Below are positions 19,489 to 30,321 of a stretch of DNA of 64,000 nt, piece after piece. The stretch is from Desulfotomaculum sp. (GTDB lineage: Bacteria > Bacillota > Desulfotomaculia > Desulfotomaculales > Desulfohalotomaculaceae): positions 700-64,699 of the forward strand of contig JACDOL010000002.1 in assembly GCA_017656165.1 (NCBI GenBank), in the 5' to 3' direction. The translations under genes and the position numbers were made by a program. The notes below the pieces were generated by a model. It was not told where the DNA came from. It did no database searches and saw nothing but the letters and a program-made list of their open reading frames with translations. Each line of letters opens with the position of its first letter. Within the stretch, counting starts at the first letter, position 1.

Positions 19489-20607
19489 TTGCGAGCCATA
19501 ATTACCGGTGGGGGAACAGGTGGGCATATATACCCGGCGCTGGCGGTAGCCGAAGGGATAAGAAAGCGTTATTCTAATGCTGAGCTTCTTTATGTGGGCA
19601 CAAACCGGGGATTGGAATCAGATATTGTTCCTAAAGCGGGCTACCCTTTTGCTGTAATTGATGCGGCAGGTTTTGAGAGAAAAATTACCTTGAAAAATGT
19701 AAAAGTGCTTTGGCAGGCAGGCCGGGGGATGCGGCAGGCTGTAAAATTAATCCGACGGTTTAAGCCGGACATTGTTATTGGTACCGGCGGTTATGTTTGC
19801 GGACCAGTGGTTATGGCTGCTGCTATACAAGGTATTCCTACCTTAATTCATGAGCAGAATGCCCTTCCGGGGATAACCAATCGTATCTTATCAAGGTTTG
19901 CTGCGGCAGTGGCGGTTACATTTGAAGATTCTATTAAATATTTTCCCAGTAAAACCCGTGTAAAATTAACGGGTCTTCCGGTGCGGCCGGAAATTTTTTC
20001 ATGTAATAAAGAAAAAGCTTATAATGATTTTAAATTTGACAACCAGAAACCTGTTGTGCTTGTATTTGGGGGAAGCAGGGGAGCCAGAAGTATAAATATG
20101 GCTATGGTAAAAGTTGTAAAAGAACTGCAGGGCAGTGACAGGATACAAATACTTCATGCTACCGGTAAAGTAGGATACCAGGAATACCTGGATGCACTGC
20201 GTAAAGAAGGTATATCACTGGTTAATACTGGGAACATTACTATTGTACCATATTTATACAATATGCAGGATGCCCTTGCTGTGGCCGATTTAGTTGTCTG
20301 CAGGGCAGGTGCGGCCACGTTAGCAGAGTTAACTGCCCTGGGTTTACCCAGCATATTGATTCCTTATCCTTATGCTGCTGAAAATCATCAAGAGTATAAT
20401 GCCCGTGCCCTGTCAGACCGGGGAGCAGCAATTATGATTAAGGATTCAGAATTAACGGGTGACCTGCTGTTAAAGAAAATTAACTACTTGTTATCATCCT
20501 CTAAGAAATTGAAAGAAATGGCCCAGGAAAGTATGCGGTTGGGGCGTCCCCAGGCCCTTGATGATATTTTAGATTTAATACATGAAACGGTGGACAAGGC
20601 TAAGTAA
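19489..20607 (+). CDS. murG: Undecaprenyldiphospho-muramoylpentapeptide beta-N-acetylglucosaminyltransferase MurG
   Basis: GGGTGGHIYPALA motif near the N-terminus. TTG 19489 after GGGGAAGAGGTG is more plausible than the longer ORF starting at 19441. Confidence 0.9.
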   Translation: MRAIITGGGTGGHIYPALAVAEGIRKRYSNAELLYVGTNRGLESDIVPKAGYPFAVIDAAGFERKITLKNVKVLWQAGRGMRQAVKLIRRFKPDIVIGTGGYVCGPVVMAAAIQGIPTLIHEQNALPGITNRILSRFAAAVAVTFEDSIKYFPSKTRVKLTGLPVRPEIFSCNKEKAYNDFKFDNQKPVVLVFGGSRGARSINMAMVKVVKELQGSDRIQILHATGKVGYQEYLDALRKEGISLVNTGNITIVPYLYNMQDALAVADLVVCRAGAATLAELTALGLPSILIPYPYAAENHQEYNARALSDRGAAIMIKDSELTGDLLLKKINYLLSSSKKLKEMAQESMRLGRPQALDDILDLIHETVDKAK

Positions 20608-20697
20608 CAAGTGTAGTTGCTTATGCATATTATATTGCAGCATTAAATTTTACCTGTTTCCACAAGGGATGCCCTTTAGAAAGGAGCTGAAAGAATA

Positions 20698-22074
20698 GTG
20701 AAAGACATCCCGCAAAATATTCACTTCATAGGCATAGGCGGTGCGGGTATGAGCGGTATTGCCCGGATACTGGCTGAGTTGGGTTACTCAATTACGGGTT
20801 CAGATATAAAGGAATCCAGCGTTACCAGGAAATTAGAAGAGATGGGTATTAAATGCTATATTGGCCATAATGAACAAAATGTGGAAAATGCAGAAATGGT
20901 GGTTGTCTCCACTGCAATACCGGCTGGCAACCCGGAACTGCTGAGGGCTAAAGAAATGGGAATACCTATAGTTCACCGCGGTGAAATGTTGGCCAAATTG
21001 ATGGAAAGGCAAAAAGGGATTGCAGTGGCCGGCTCTCACGGAAAAACCACAACTACTTCTATGATGGCCATGGTACTAGAAAAAAGTGGTTTTGACCCAA
21101 CCATCATTGTAGGTGGTGAAATCAACGATATCGGGGGGAATGCAAAGTTAGGTAATGGGGATTACCTGGTGGCTGAGGCAGACGAAAGCGACGGTTCTTT
21201 TTTACTGCTGTCTCCTCACATGGTTATTATTACAAATATAGAAAATGATCACCTGGATTATTACGGATCAGAAGAAAAAGTTTTGGAATCTTTTAGGGAA
21301 TTTTTAGGAAATGTTGATCCAGGGGGGTTAGCTGTACTGTACTATGACGACCCGAAGGTTAGAAGTATAGTAAAAGATGCTAGAGTTAGAGTAATAACTT
21401 ACGGCACGAATCCTGAAGCAGATTTTATCATCAAGAACTTAAAATTAAACGGGAGTGTAAATGCTGCAGATGTGTACCATAAAGAAAAATACATTGGCCG
21501 TTTAGAGCTGTCTGTTCCCGGCCAGCACAATATGTTAAATGCCTTAGCGGTGCTGACATTGGCCCTGCACATAGGTACAAATTTTGATGAAACGGCCAAT
21601 ATCCTGAAAAGTTTTAAAGGAGCACGCAGGAGATATCAGCTGTTGGGTGAAGTTAACGGTATTAAGGTAATTGATGATTACGCTCATCATCCAACAGAAA
21701 TAAGAGCTACATTAAAAGCTGCGCGTCAGGCAAACAACGGGAGAATAATAGGTGTGTTTCAACCGCATCGTTACACCAGAACCATGCATTTATATGAACA
21801 GTTTGGTGAAGCTTTTGCAGACGCTGATATGATCATTATAAATGATATATACAGTGCCGGGGAAAAACCTATTAAGGGAGTTACTGCCCAGTTGATTGTG
21901 GATGCTGCCAGGCGGAATAGTAAATCTGAGGTAATATACATTAAAGACATGCATGATGTTGCTGATTATTTGGTTAAAATCTCCAGGCCTGGCGATACTA
22001 TATTAACCATGGGTGCGGGCAATATATGGAGCAGTGGTGTAGAATTAGTAAAAAAGCTTGAGGAGCGTTATTAA
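20698..22074 (+). CDS. murC: UDP-N-acetylmuramate--L-alanine ligase MurC
   Basis: IHFIGIGGAGMSGIA N-terminus and AGSHGKTTTT P-loop. Confidence 0.92.
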   Translation: MKDIPQNIHFIGIGGAGMSGIARILAELGYSITGSDIKESSVTRKLEEMGIKCYIGHNEQNVENAEMVVVSTAIPAGNPELLRAKEMGIPIVHRGEMLAKLMERQKGIAVAGSHGKTTTTSMMAMVLEKSGFDPTIIVGGEINDIGGNAKLGNGDYLVAEADESDGSFLLLSPHMVIITNIENDHLDYYGSEEKVLESFREFLGNVDPGGLAVLYYDDPKVRSIVKDARVRVITYGTNPEADFIIKNLKLNGSVNAADVYHKEKYIGRLELSVPGQHNMLNALAVLTLALHIGTNFDETANILKSFKGARRRYQLLGEVNGIKVIDDYAHHPTEIRATLKAARQANNGRIIGVFQPHRYTRTMHLYEQFGEAFADADMIIINDIYSAGEKPIKGVTAQLIVDAARRNSKSEVIYIKDMHDVADYLVKISRPGDTILTMGAGNIWSSGVELVKKLEERY

Positions 22075-22976
22075 TGCTAAAAAAGGTTCTGGAAAGCAGG
22101 TTTAGTACCTTAAGGAGCAGGGTGCTGTTTAATGAACCTATGACAAATCACACCAGCTGGCGTATAGGGGGGCCAGCAGAGTATTTTATTGAACCAGTTA
22201 ACGTGGAAGAACTGCAAAAATGCATAAAACTGGTCGTGGAACTGGATATACCATTAACTGTTATTGGTAACGGAACCAATTTGCTGGTGAAAGACAGAGG
22301 AATACCAGGATTAGTAGTAAAAATTGGCCGGGGATTGGACTTCATAGAGATTAACGGCACCACTGTAAGAGCGGGGGCGGGAGCATTACTACCGGCAGTT
22401 GCCCGCAGGGCAATGGAACACAACCTGGATGGGTTTGCCTGGTCGGCCGGCATACCGGGAACAATTGGTGGTGCGGTAGTAATGAATGCTGGAGCTAATG
22501 GGTCCAGCATAAGCAGCATTATTGAATGGGTAAAAGTAATTAACAGGAAAGGCGGAATAATAAAGCTGGATAAAAGTGAACTGGGATTTTCATACCGGTC
22601 CAGCAATCTTCAGGGAAGTTCATTAATAGTAGTGGAAGCGGCTTTTAAATGCCAGCAGGGGGATAAAAAAAGTATTAAGAAAAAAATGGATGAATATATT
22701 GCCAAACGCCGGGCTGTTCAGCCCCAGGGATATCCAAATGCTGGTAGTGTATTTAAAAACCCCCCGGGGGACTTTGCAGGTCGGCTGATTGAAATAGCCG
22801 GGTGCAAAGGGCTTAGAGTAGGCAATGCTGAGGTTTCTACAAAACATGCCAATTGGATAATAAACCTGGGTGGGGCTACTGCTGAAGATGTATTAAAGCT
22901 GATAGATATAATAACACAAAGGGTTAAGGAAGAAACAGGCGTTGACCTCCAGCTTGAGGTGCGTGTGCTGGGCTAG
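22074..22976 (+). CDS. murB: UDP-N-acetylenolpyruvoylglucosamine reductase MurB
   Basis: FAD-binding PCMH domain (TSWRIGGPAEYF, GNGTNLL) and MurB C-terminal domain. Confidence 0.9.
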   Translation: MLKKVLESRFSTLRSRVLFNEPMTNHTSWRIGGPAEYFIEPVNVEELQKCIKLVVELDIPLTVIGNGTNLLVKDRGIPGLVVKIGRGLDFIEINGTTVRAGAGALLPAVARRAMEHNLDGFAWSAGIPGTIGGAVVMNAGANGSSISSIIEWVKVINRKGGIIKLDKSELGFSYRSSNLQGSSLIVVEAAFKCQQGDKKSIKKKMDEYIAKRRAVQPQGYPNAGSVFKNPPGDFAGRLIEIAGCKGLRVGNAEVSTKHANWIINLGGATAEDVLKLIDIITQRVKEETGVDLQLEVRVLG

Positions 22977-23000
22977 CATACGTGTTGGAGGTGCTGCAGG

Positions 23001-24269
23001 GTGCAACGGTGGGCTCAGAAATTTCTAGTGGTGGGAGGCAGCTCCTTAAAAGGGACGGTGAAAGTAAACGGGAGTAAAAATGCTTCACTGCCTATTTTGG
23101 CCGGTACACTTTTATGTGCCGGAAAAGTAACCATAAACAATGTTCCCAAACTGCAGGATATCAAAAACATGAAAGACGTGCTTATCTACCTGGGAGCACA
23201 GGTGAAAGACGAGGGTAGGAAGCTTGTTGTAGATTGTATAAACGTACAATCTTTAGAGATTTCTGAAGAATTAATGCGCCGGATGAGAGCTTCTAACCTG
23301 GTATTAGGGCCGCTTTTAGCCCGGTTTGGGAATGTAAAAATTAGCTACCCGGGTGGATGCAACATAGGAAGCAGGCCGATGAACCTTCACTTAAAAGGTC
23401 TTAAGGCTATGGGCGCCGAAATAAAAGAAAAATATGGTTATATAACAGCAAGAGTCCCTTCTAGGCTAAAAGGGGCAGAAATTCACTTGGATGTACCAAG
23501 TGTAGGCGCAACGGAAAATTTAATGATGGCAGCTACACTGGCTGAAGGAGTTACCCTAATACGTAATGCTGCCAAGGAACCAGAAATTGTTGATTTGCAG
23601 AAGTTTCTAAATGCAATGGGTGCTCAAATTAAAGGAGCTGGCAGTGATACTCTTGAAATTAAAGGTGTAAGCAGATTAGAGCCTGCAGAACATACTGTTA
23701 TTCCAGATCGTATTGAAGCAGGCACATACATGGTGGCAGCTGCCATAACCAAGGGTGATGTTACAGTAACCAATGTCATTTCCTCACATTTAGATCCTAT
23801 AATTGCCAAGCTGAAAGAAGCCGGGGTAAAAGTGACAGTAAATAAAAACAGCGTAAGAGTAGAGGGAGCAGACCGTCTCAAAGCAGTAGATATCAAAACC
23901 ATGCCTTACCCCGGATTTCCTACCGACATGCAGCCTCAAATGATGGCTCTGCTTACAGTGGCTGATGGAACCAGTGTTATTACAGAAACAATTTTTGAAA
24001 ACAGGTTTAAGCATGTACCTGAGTTGAGGCGCATGGGCGCAGACATACACCTGGAAGGAAACACTGCCATTGTTAGGGGCGTACCCAGCTTGTCAGGAGC
24101 CTTTGTAGAGGTTTCAGACCTGCGGGCCGGGGCTGCCCTTGTGCTTGCTGCTATGGTTGCTGAAGATGGCACTGTTATTAATAATATTGAGCACATTGAC
24201 CGTGGATATGAAAGAATGGAGAAAAAATATAATGCCCTGGGAGCAAGAATTATCCGTATCAGCACTTAG
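23001..24269 (+). CDS. murA: UDP-N-acetylglucosamine 1-carboxyvinyltransferase MurA
   Basis: GSKNASLPIL motif and the catalytic Cys loop GGCNIGSRP. GTG start after GGAGGTG. Confidence 0.9.
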   Translation: MQRWAQKFLVVGGSSLKGTVKVNGSKNASLPILAGTLLCAGKVTINNVPKLQDIKNMKDVLIYLGAQVKDEGRKLVVDCINVQSLEISEELMRRMRASNLVLGPLLARFGNVKISYPGGCNIGSRPMNLHLKGLKAMGAEIKEKYGYITARVPSRLKGAEIHLDVPSVGATENLMMAATLAEGVTLIRNAAKEPEIVDLQKFLNAMGAQIKGAGSDTLEIKGVSRLEPAEHTVIPDRIEAGTYMVAAAITKGDVTVTNVISSHLDPIIAKLKEAGVKVTVNKNSVRVEGADRLKAVDIKTMPYPGFPTDMQPQMMALLTVADGTSVITETIFENRFKHVPELRRMGADIHLEGNTAIVRGVPSLSGAFVEVSDLRAGAALVLAAMVAEDGTVINNIEHIDRGYERMEKKYNALGARIIRIST

Positions 24270-24271
24270 AT

Positions 24272-24302
24272 AAGCCTTGATGAGTTCAAGGCTTTATTTT
24301 TT
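24272..24302 (+). terminator. Rho-independent terminator after murA
   Basis: AGCCTTGA-tgag-TTCAAGGCT stem followed by TTTATTTTTT. Confidence 0.7.
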
Positions 24303-24311
24303 ACAATATTA

Positions 24312-24372
24312 AGAAAGTACAAGTTTTGACGCAGCCAAGGTATTTACCGGAGAAACGATAACCGGCGAATTC
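24312..24372 (+). repeat. Intergenic repeat family, copy 2 (modules A+B)
   Basis: AGAAAGTACAAGTTTTGACGCAGCCAAGGTATTTACCGGAGAAACGATAACCGGCGAAT aligns almost base-for-base with 54309-54366. Confidence 0.75.
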
Positions 24373-24498
24373 AAAGAATATTACAAAATAATTTATTTAT
24401 AAATAGTATCATAAAACTGCTAATTACCCTTCGTTTTGCTTTAGACAAGCAGGTATATATTCAGTTATAATTATATTTACAGCAATACTTTTGAACGG

Positions 24499-25260
24499 AT
24501 GGTAAATAAGCAGGTGATAAAATTGACCGGAGTTAGACCACAGGGAAAAAGATCTAAACACAATTTTTTCCAAGGAATTTTTTTTGTATTATTAATTGCC
24601 TTGAGCGTTTATGTATTATTACAGTCACCGGTTTTTAATGTTAAAAAAATAGAAATAATTGGCAGGGAAAAGATTCCCAGGGAAAAAATAATTGAATTAT
24701 CAGGTGTAGTTTTAGGCAGCAACATATTTAAGCTTGACCTGCACAGCGGGGAGAAAAAAATAAGCCTGCTCCCAGCAGTTAAAAATGTTGAAATAACACG
24801 CAGGTTTCCTTCAACCATCGTTATTACGGTTACTGAAAGGAGACCGGTTGCTTTGCTTCCGGTGGAGGAAGGTTTTGCAGAACTGGACAGGGAAGGAATA
24901 TTTCTTAGAAAGGCAGAATTTATACAATCATCTTTTCCAGTAATTACAGGCGGTGATGTACCGGGAGTTAAACCCGGGCAGAAAGTAAGAAACAATGCGG
25001 TCATTACTGCTTTAACAGTAATTGATAAACTGCCAGCACAGTTAACAAAACAATTATCTGAAGTTCATGTTGATACTAAAAATGAAGTGACTATTTATAC
25101 AATTAATGGTATACAAGGAAGAATGGGAATGCCCGAAAATATCCGCCAGAAAGGCAGTGTTTTTCTCAAGGTACTGGAACAAATTGGAGAGGAACAAAAG
25201 ATAGAATATATAGATTTAACATCTTGTAAGTCACCTGTTGTTAAGTATGCAGAAAATTAA
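24499..25260 (+). CDS. ftsQ: Cell division protein FtsQ/DivIB (POTRA domain)
   Basis: Single TM helix followed by a POTRA-like segment (FNVKKIEIIGxxKIxxxxI). Its position is upstream of ftsA. Confidence 0.8.
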   Translation: MVNKQVIKLTGVRPQGKRSKHNFFQGIFFVLLIALSVYVLLQSPVFNVKKIEIIGREKIPREKIIELSGVVLGSNIFKLDLHSGEKKISLLPAVKNVEITRRFPSTIVITVTERRPVALLPVEEGFAELDREGIFLRKAEFIQSSFPVITGGDVPGVKPGQKVRNNAVITALTVIDKLPAQLTKQLSEVHVDTKNEVTIYTINGIQGRMGMPENIRQKGSVFLKVLEQIGEEQKIEYIDLTSCKSPVVKYAEN

Positions 25261-25277
25261 AGGGGGCAGACAGCATC

Positions 25278-25982
25278 ATGGGTATAAAAAAGTACCAGTG
25301 GGCCATTACAATGGCGGCCTTGCTGTTTGGATTGGTGCTGGGACTGCAGTTTCAGGTTAACGAAAGCCTGCAGCAGGACACAACTACTGAAAGAATAGAA
25401 AGGTTAGCTCAGCAAATTGAACACAAAAAAATGGAATTAAAGACACTGCAAGCCCAGGTTGAGGAACTTAGAAAAAAACTTGACCAGGAAACAGAAAGAC
25501 CGGAATTAAGAAGAATTAAAAATAAAATAAATGAAGTTGGCATTCTTGCAGGGACAGTTCCAGCAGCTGGGCCGGGTATTGAAGTAACTTTAAATGACAG
25601 TGATGCAGTGCTGGAGCCCGGTGAGAACCCGAACTTATATGTACTTCATGATGAAGATGTATTAAAAGTACTAAATGAACTTCGAGCTGCCGGTGCTGAA
25701 GCCCTGGCAATTAATGACCAGCGAATGATAGCCACCAGTGAAATTATCTGCATTGGGCCTACTATTCTAACTAATGGGAACAAGCGGCTGGCGGCACCTT
25801 TTGTAATTACTGCCATTGGCAACCCGGATACCCTTTACAGCGCCTTGTTTATGAAAGGTGGAGTAGCTGAACAGTTAAAACAGTGGGGCATCCAAGTATC
25901 TGCCAAAAAAGTGGAAAAAGTTGTCATTCCGGGTTATAATGGAGCTATTACTTATAATTACAGCGGGGGAGAGCGGGCATGA
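25278..25982 (+). CDS. DUF881 family membrane protein (YlxW-like)
   Basis: N-terminal TM helix, a coiled coil and the GPGIxVxLxD motif typical of DUF881. Confidence 0.75.
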   Translation: MGIKKYQWAITMAALLFGLVLGLQFQVNESLQQDTTTERIERLAQQIEHKKMELKTLQAQVEELRKKLDQETERPELRRIKNKINEVGILAGTVPAAGPGIEVTLNDSDAVLEPGENPNLYVLHDEDVLKVLNELRAAGAEALAINDQRMIATSEIICIGPTILTNGNKRLAAPFVITAIGNPDTLYSALFMKGGVAEQLKQWGIQVSAKKVEKVVIPGYNGAITYNYSGGERA

Positions 25983-26686
25983 AGAAAGGTATGTACATTT
26001 CATTATTAATAACGTGCTGCGTACTGGGCCTGCTTTTAGCCCTGCAGTTTCGTACCACTACTAGAAATATGCCGCATGACAGACCCCAGGTGCTAACCCA
26101 GGAATTAAAGCAGCTGGAAGAAGATTACCAGATGCTGATGGCTGAAAAGGATAACCTGCAAACAAAACTGCAGGAAATTAAAGACGGAAGGGATAAGACG
26201 TATGAAGTGCTGCAGGATGAACTTAAAAAACTGCGGTATGCTGCAGGCTTGGAACCTGTGACCGGCCCGGGGATAGAAGTAGTGATGGACAACATGCCGG
26301 AAAATAAGAGGCCGGAATATGATCCTAAACTGTTTTCAATTACGTACCTGGATATTCTCAGGTTGGTTAATGAGTTAAGAGTAGCTGGAGCGGAAGCTAT
26401 TTCTATTAACGGCCAGCGGTTGGTGGCAACAAGTGAAATACGAAACGCTGGAAACTTTATAGATGTTAACCTGACCCGCCTTACAGCCCCCTATATTATA
26501 AAAGCAATAGGGGACCCGGAAAAGCTGGCCAGCAGTTTAAAAATTAAGGGCGGCCTGGTGGATACATTAGAAGAATGGTCTATATCAGTTACTGTCACTC
26601 AGAAGGATGAGATTACTGTGCCGGCCTACGCTGGGCCGTTAGAGTTAAACTATGCCAGACCTTTACAAAAAGGAGAAGATCAATAA
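25979..26686 (+). CDS. DUF881 family membrane protein (YlxX-like), paralogue of the preceding gene
   Basis: Same architecture and motifs (GPGIEVVMDN, LRxAGAEAIxINxQR). The start overlaps the upstream stop (ATGA). Confidence 0.75.
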   Translation: MKKGMYISLLITCCVLGLLLALQFRTTTRNMPHDRPQVLTQELKQLEEDYQMLMAEKDNLQTKLQEIKDGRDKTYEVLQDELKKLRYAAGLEPVTGPGIEVVMDNMPENKRPEYDPKLFSITYLDILRLVNELRVAGAEAISINGQRLVATSEIRNAGNFIDVNLTRLTAPYIIKAIGDPEKLASSLKIKGGLVDTLEEWSISVTVTQKDEITVPAYAGPLELNYARPLQKGEDQ

Positions 26687-27027
26687 TGTGGATTACTACT
26701 ATTCTAGCAGCAATGGGACTTTGTTTAGGGCTGTTTATCGGTTTGAATGTTCCCATTATTTTACCTGAAGGTTATGCCCCGTACCTGGGCCTGGCCGTGC
26801 TTGCAGCCCTGGATTCCGTTTTTGGGGGCATAAGGGCTGGTATGGAAGATCAGTTTGATAATTCCGTTTTTTTGTCCGGTTTTTTCTTTAATATATTACT
26901 TGCTTCAGGTTTAGCTTACATAGGAGAAAGGTTGGGAGTTCCCCTTTCTACCGCTGCTGTGGTGGCTTTTGGGGTGCGGTTGTTCCAAAACCTAGCTATA
27001 ATTAGGCGTCATATATTAAAAAAATAG
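26686..27027 (+). CDS. sbp: Small basic membrane protein Sbp (DUF1290)
   Basis: A 113-aa polytopic protein in the conserved position between the DUF881 genes and ftsA. Confidence 0.7.
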   Translation: MWITTILAAMGLCLGLFIGLNVPIILPEGYAPYLGLAVLAALDSVFGGIRAGMEDQFDNSVFLSGFFFNILLASGLAYIGERLGVPLSTAAVVAFGVRLFQNLAIIRRHILKK

Positions 27028-27110
27028 TTTTTTTAGTTTGTTTAAAAGGGAATTTAATGTTAATGTTGAAAACTTACGGATAAAAGTAAGAAGTAGGGGG
27101 ATATTGGGCT

Positions 27111-28301
27111 GTGGTAAGTGATGTGTTGGCTGTTTTAGATGTGGGCACTTGTGATGTGACTGCTGCAATAGGAAGTATAAGTGCCCAGGGGCTGGTAATA
27201 AACGGTTTTGGGCAGTCCCCCTGCGTTGGAATAAAAAAAGATAAGATTTATGATATCGGAGCCTGTGCTAAATCCATTGGTACCGCTTTACTGCAGGCTG
27301 AGAAAGAAGCTGGAATTAAAGTGAAGGATATTTATGTAACTTTTTCCGGCTTTGGAGCAACAAGTCAAAATATAATTACCGGTACAAGCATACCCAAATC
27401 ACAAGATCAAATTACACTTAAGGACATAAACCTGTTGCTGCATTCCTGTCAGGTTAAGGCGCGCAGTGGCGATTTTGATATTATACAGGTAATACCAAGG
27501 CAGTTTGCTGTAGATGGAAGCTGGGGTACAGGTGACCCGGTCGGTAAAAAAGGGCGTCATTTAGAGATAGAGGCCCATATTGTGCAGGCAGATAACAAGT
27601 CATTGATAAATTTAAAAAAAATACTTAATGAGCTGAGATTTAAAGTTAAAGGCATTTTTTTTGCACCTTTTGTATTTGCTGATAAACTTTTGCAGCCGGC
27701 AGAAAAAGAATATGGGAATATGCTTGTTGACATAGGGGGTAATACCACCGGATTGTGCTGGTTTCACAGAGGAAAACCTTGGCTGACAACGTGTATCCCT
27801 GTAGGCGGTGAGCATGTTACCAGCGACCTGGCTATTGGGTTGAGGACTTCTTTTGCTAAAGCGGAAAGAATAAAAGTAAATTATAATGACGGGCTGCAGG
27901 AAGCGCCAGCTTTATCTGAAGACGTTGTCCAAGACCAAGATAACCCACCTAAATGGTTGGTTAAAGAGATAGTTGAAGCACGTGTGCTTGAAATGGCAGA
28001 TTTAATAAAAACAATTATTAATAGATATGGGAAAGGTATTTGCCCAAGGGAACTGGTTCTTACCGGTGGGGGGGCTCAGCTGGCCGGTTTGACAGAAATT
28101 TTTGCCGAAAACATAGGTCTCCCAACAAGAATAATTAACTTATATAATAACATTGAAAATATGCCTGCTAAAGCAGGGATTGCTGGTACAATTATGGAAT
28201 ATGCAGCTAAGATAGAAGCAGAAGACTCTGAAACTGATAATAAATTTTTAACAAAGCTAATAAATGGTATTAAAAATGTATTACATAGAACTTCCAACTA
28301 A
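27111..28301 (+). CDS. ftsA: Cell division protein FtsA
   Basis: Actin/HSP70-fold motifs (LDVGT, VDIGGNTT, VLTGGGAQL) and a C-terminal amphipathic helix. It lies immediately upstream of ftsZ. Confidence 0.85.
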   Translation: MVSDVLAVLDVGTCDVTAAIGSISAQGLVINGFGQSPCVGIKKDKIYDIGACAKSIGTALLQAEKEAGIKVKDIYVTFSGFGATSQNIITGTSIPKSQDQITLKDINLLLHSCQVKARSGDFDIIQVIPRQFAVDGSWGTGDPVGKKGRHLEIEAHIVQADNKSLINLKKILNELRFKVKGIFFAPFVFADKLLQPAEKEYGNMLVDIGGNTTGLCWFHRGKPWLTTCIPVGGEHVTSDLAIGLRTSFAKAERIKVNYNDGLQEAPALSEDVVQDQDNPPKWLVKEIVEARVLEMADLIKTIINRYGKGICPRELVLTGGGAQLAGLTEIFAENIGLPTRIINLYNNIENMPAKAGIAGTIMEYAAKIEAEDSETDNKFLTKLINGIKNVLHRTSN

Positions 28302-28338
28302 TGGGTAATTGAGCAGATAAGTAGAGGAGGATTACTGC

Positions 28339-29394
28339 ATGCTGGATTTAGAATTGGAACTGGACCAATATGCAAATATTAAAGTTATTGGTGTTGGAGG
28401 CGGCGGTAATAATGCCGTTAACCGAATGATTGAAGCGGAGCTAAAGGGTGTTGAGTTTATAGCAGTAAATACAGATGCCCAGGCACTGCAGTTATCAAAA
28501 AGTACACATAAAATTCAGATAGGCTCAAAACTTACTAAGGGTTTAGGTGCAGGAGCAAATCCTGAAATTGGGAAAAAGGCAGCTGAAGAAAGTAGGGAAG
28601 AAATTCAGGAAGCCCTGAAAGGTGCTGATATGGTTTTTGTTACTGCCGGTATGGGAGGAGGTACCGGTACCGGTGCTGCTCCTGTGGTAGCACAAGTGGC
28701 CAAGGAAATTGGAGCACTTACGGTGGGAGTTGTTACTAAACCATTTACTTTTGAAGGTCGCAAGCGTTTAACACAGGCCGATGCTGGTATTAAAGAATTA
28801 AAAGATAAAGTGGACACGTTAATAACCATCCCAAATGATAGATTGCTGCAGGTAATTGATAAGCACACTTCAATAGTAGAAGCTTTCCGCATTGCAGACG
28901 ATGTACTGCGTCAAGGGGTCCAAGGTATTTCAGATTTAATTGCTGTACCAGGACTTATTAATTTAGATTTTGCAGATGTAAAAACAATTATGAAAGATAC
29001 CGGTTCAGCTTTAATGGGCATTGGAACAGCAAGTGGCGAGAACCGGGCCCAGGAAGCTGCTAAAGCTGCAATTTCCAGTCCTCTGCTGGAAACTTCTATT
29101 GAAGGTGCCAGGGGTGTTCTATTAAATATAACTGGTGGTTCATCATTGGGCCTGTTTGAAGTTAATGAAGCAGCAGAAATTATTGCCCAAGCTGCCGATC
29201 CGGAGGCTAACATAATATTTGGTGCTGTTATAGATGAAGCCATGAACGAAGATGTTAGAGTAACAGTTATAGCTACTGGTTTTGAACACCAGGCCAAAGA
29301 TAGAAAAGAACGGTTCAAGGGCGATATGGATATAAAACCCTTTGCCAATCATGATGAATTGGACATACCAGCATTTTTACGTAGAAAAGGTTAA
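28339..29394 (+). CDS. ftsZ: Cell division GTPase FtsZ
   Basis: [10 protein letters not shown] and [11 protein letters not shown] tubulin signature motifs, and a C-terminal DIPAFLRRK peptide. Confidence 0.95.
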   Translation: MLDLELELDQYANIKVIGVGGGGNNAVNRMIEAELKGVEFIAVNTDAQALQLSKSTHKIQIGSKLTKGLGAGANPEIGKKAAEESREEIQEALKGADMVFVTAGMGGGTGTGAAPVVAQVAKEIGALTVGVVTKPFTFEGRKRLTQADAGIKELKDKVDTLITIPNDRLLQVIDKHTSIVEAFRIADDVLRQGVQGISDLIAVPGLINLDFADVKTIMKDTGSALMGIGTASGENRAQEAAKAAISSPLLETSIEGARGVLLNITGGSSLGLFEVNEAAEIIAQAADPEANIIFGAVIDEAMNEDVRVTVIATGFEHQAKDRKERFKGDMDIKPFANHDELDIPAFLRRKG

Positions 29395-29422
29395 GATTTT
29401 ATAAACTAAAATAAATTATTTT

Positions 29423-29454
29423 AACAGGGGCTTGATTAATCAAGCCCCTGTTTA
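29423..29454 (+). terminator. Terminator-like hairpin after ftsZ
   Basis: AACAGGGGCTTGA-ttaa-TCAAGCCCCTGTT perfect stem with a short T run. Confidence 0.6.
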
Positions 29455-29500
29455 GTGTATAAAATAAGCGTGTAAATGTTTTATGAGGTGAATTCCTACA

Positions 29501-30172
29501 ATGAAAATATCAGATGAATTTAAGCTCCGCAGCTACGTAATGTTTGCCTTTATGGCTGAAATATTTTTTATACTTTTGGTTGTTTTTATAATTAATATGT
29601 CTACCGGGCTTATTGAAAATTATCCTTTTTTAAATTATCTAACAAAATCAGTAATGGAAGAATTAGCTGCCAAGGTGGGCAATGGAGAGCAAGTTGACAT
29701 GGCTGTAAAAATATTTATTAACAACACATTAATTATACTGGCACCGCTTTTAATTTTTTCCCTGCAGCTTCTTCCCATAAAAGGCATTAAAGCGGCAGCG
29801 GTTTTTCTGGCCGCCGCTGTAGGGTTGTTTTTATATATAATAAATGCTTCCGTTGTGGGATTAGTAATGGGGATACTATCTGTTAAAATGAATGTAAGCT
29901 ATATAATACTCCTGTTCATAACGATGATACATGGTTCACTAGAGCTGTTTGCTGTGGCTGCCGGAACTGCATTTGGAGCGTATTATATTTATATAACATT
30001 TATAAGAGAAAGAAAAAGTCATAGAGATAGTAATTATTTCTTTGCTTCACTGCCTGCAGCACAAGGGCTGGCTTTTAAACTGATACCTCTTTTGATATTT
30101 ATATTAGCGGCAGCGGCATTGATTGAAACCTATATCTCAGCACCCTTGGCAGAAAAGATTATTGTTAGGTAA
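29501..30172 (+). CDS. Polytopic membrane protein, SpoIIM/DUF95-like
   Basis: IFINNTLI and HGSLELFAVAAGTAFG segments resemble the SpoIIM family signatures. The RBS is GAGGTG. The family assignment is tentative. Confidence 0.5.
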   Translation: MKISDEFKLRSYVMFAFMAEIFFILLVVFIINMSTGLIENYPFLNYLTKSVMEELAAKVGNGEQVDMAVKIFINNTLIILAPLLIFSLQLLPIKGIKAAAVFLAAAVGLFLYIINASVVGLVMGILSVKMNVSYIILLFITMIHGSLELFAVAAGTAFGAYYIYITFIRERKSHRDSNYFFASLPAAQGLAFKLIPLLIFILAAAALIETYISAPLAEKIIVR

Positions 30173-30250
30173 TTTGTTAACAATTTCTGCTCATTCCGAA
30201 AAAATAAGTGAAAAAAATTACATCATAACAACCAGAAAATGACATATATA

Positions 30251-30300
30251 ACAAACCCTGGCATGTATAATATAGCCAGGGTTTGTTATTGTTTTTGTTT
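30251..30300 (+). terminator. Rho-independent terminator
   Basis: ACAAACCCTGGC ... GCCAGGGTTTGT 12-bp stem followed by a T-rich tract. Confidence 0.7.
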
Positions 30301-30321
30301 AAGAAATTATGCTTTTAGATT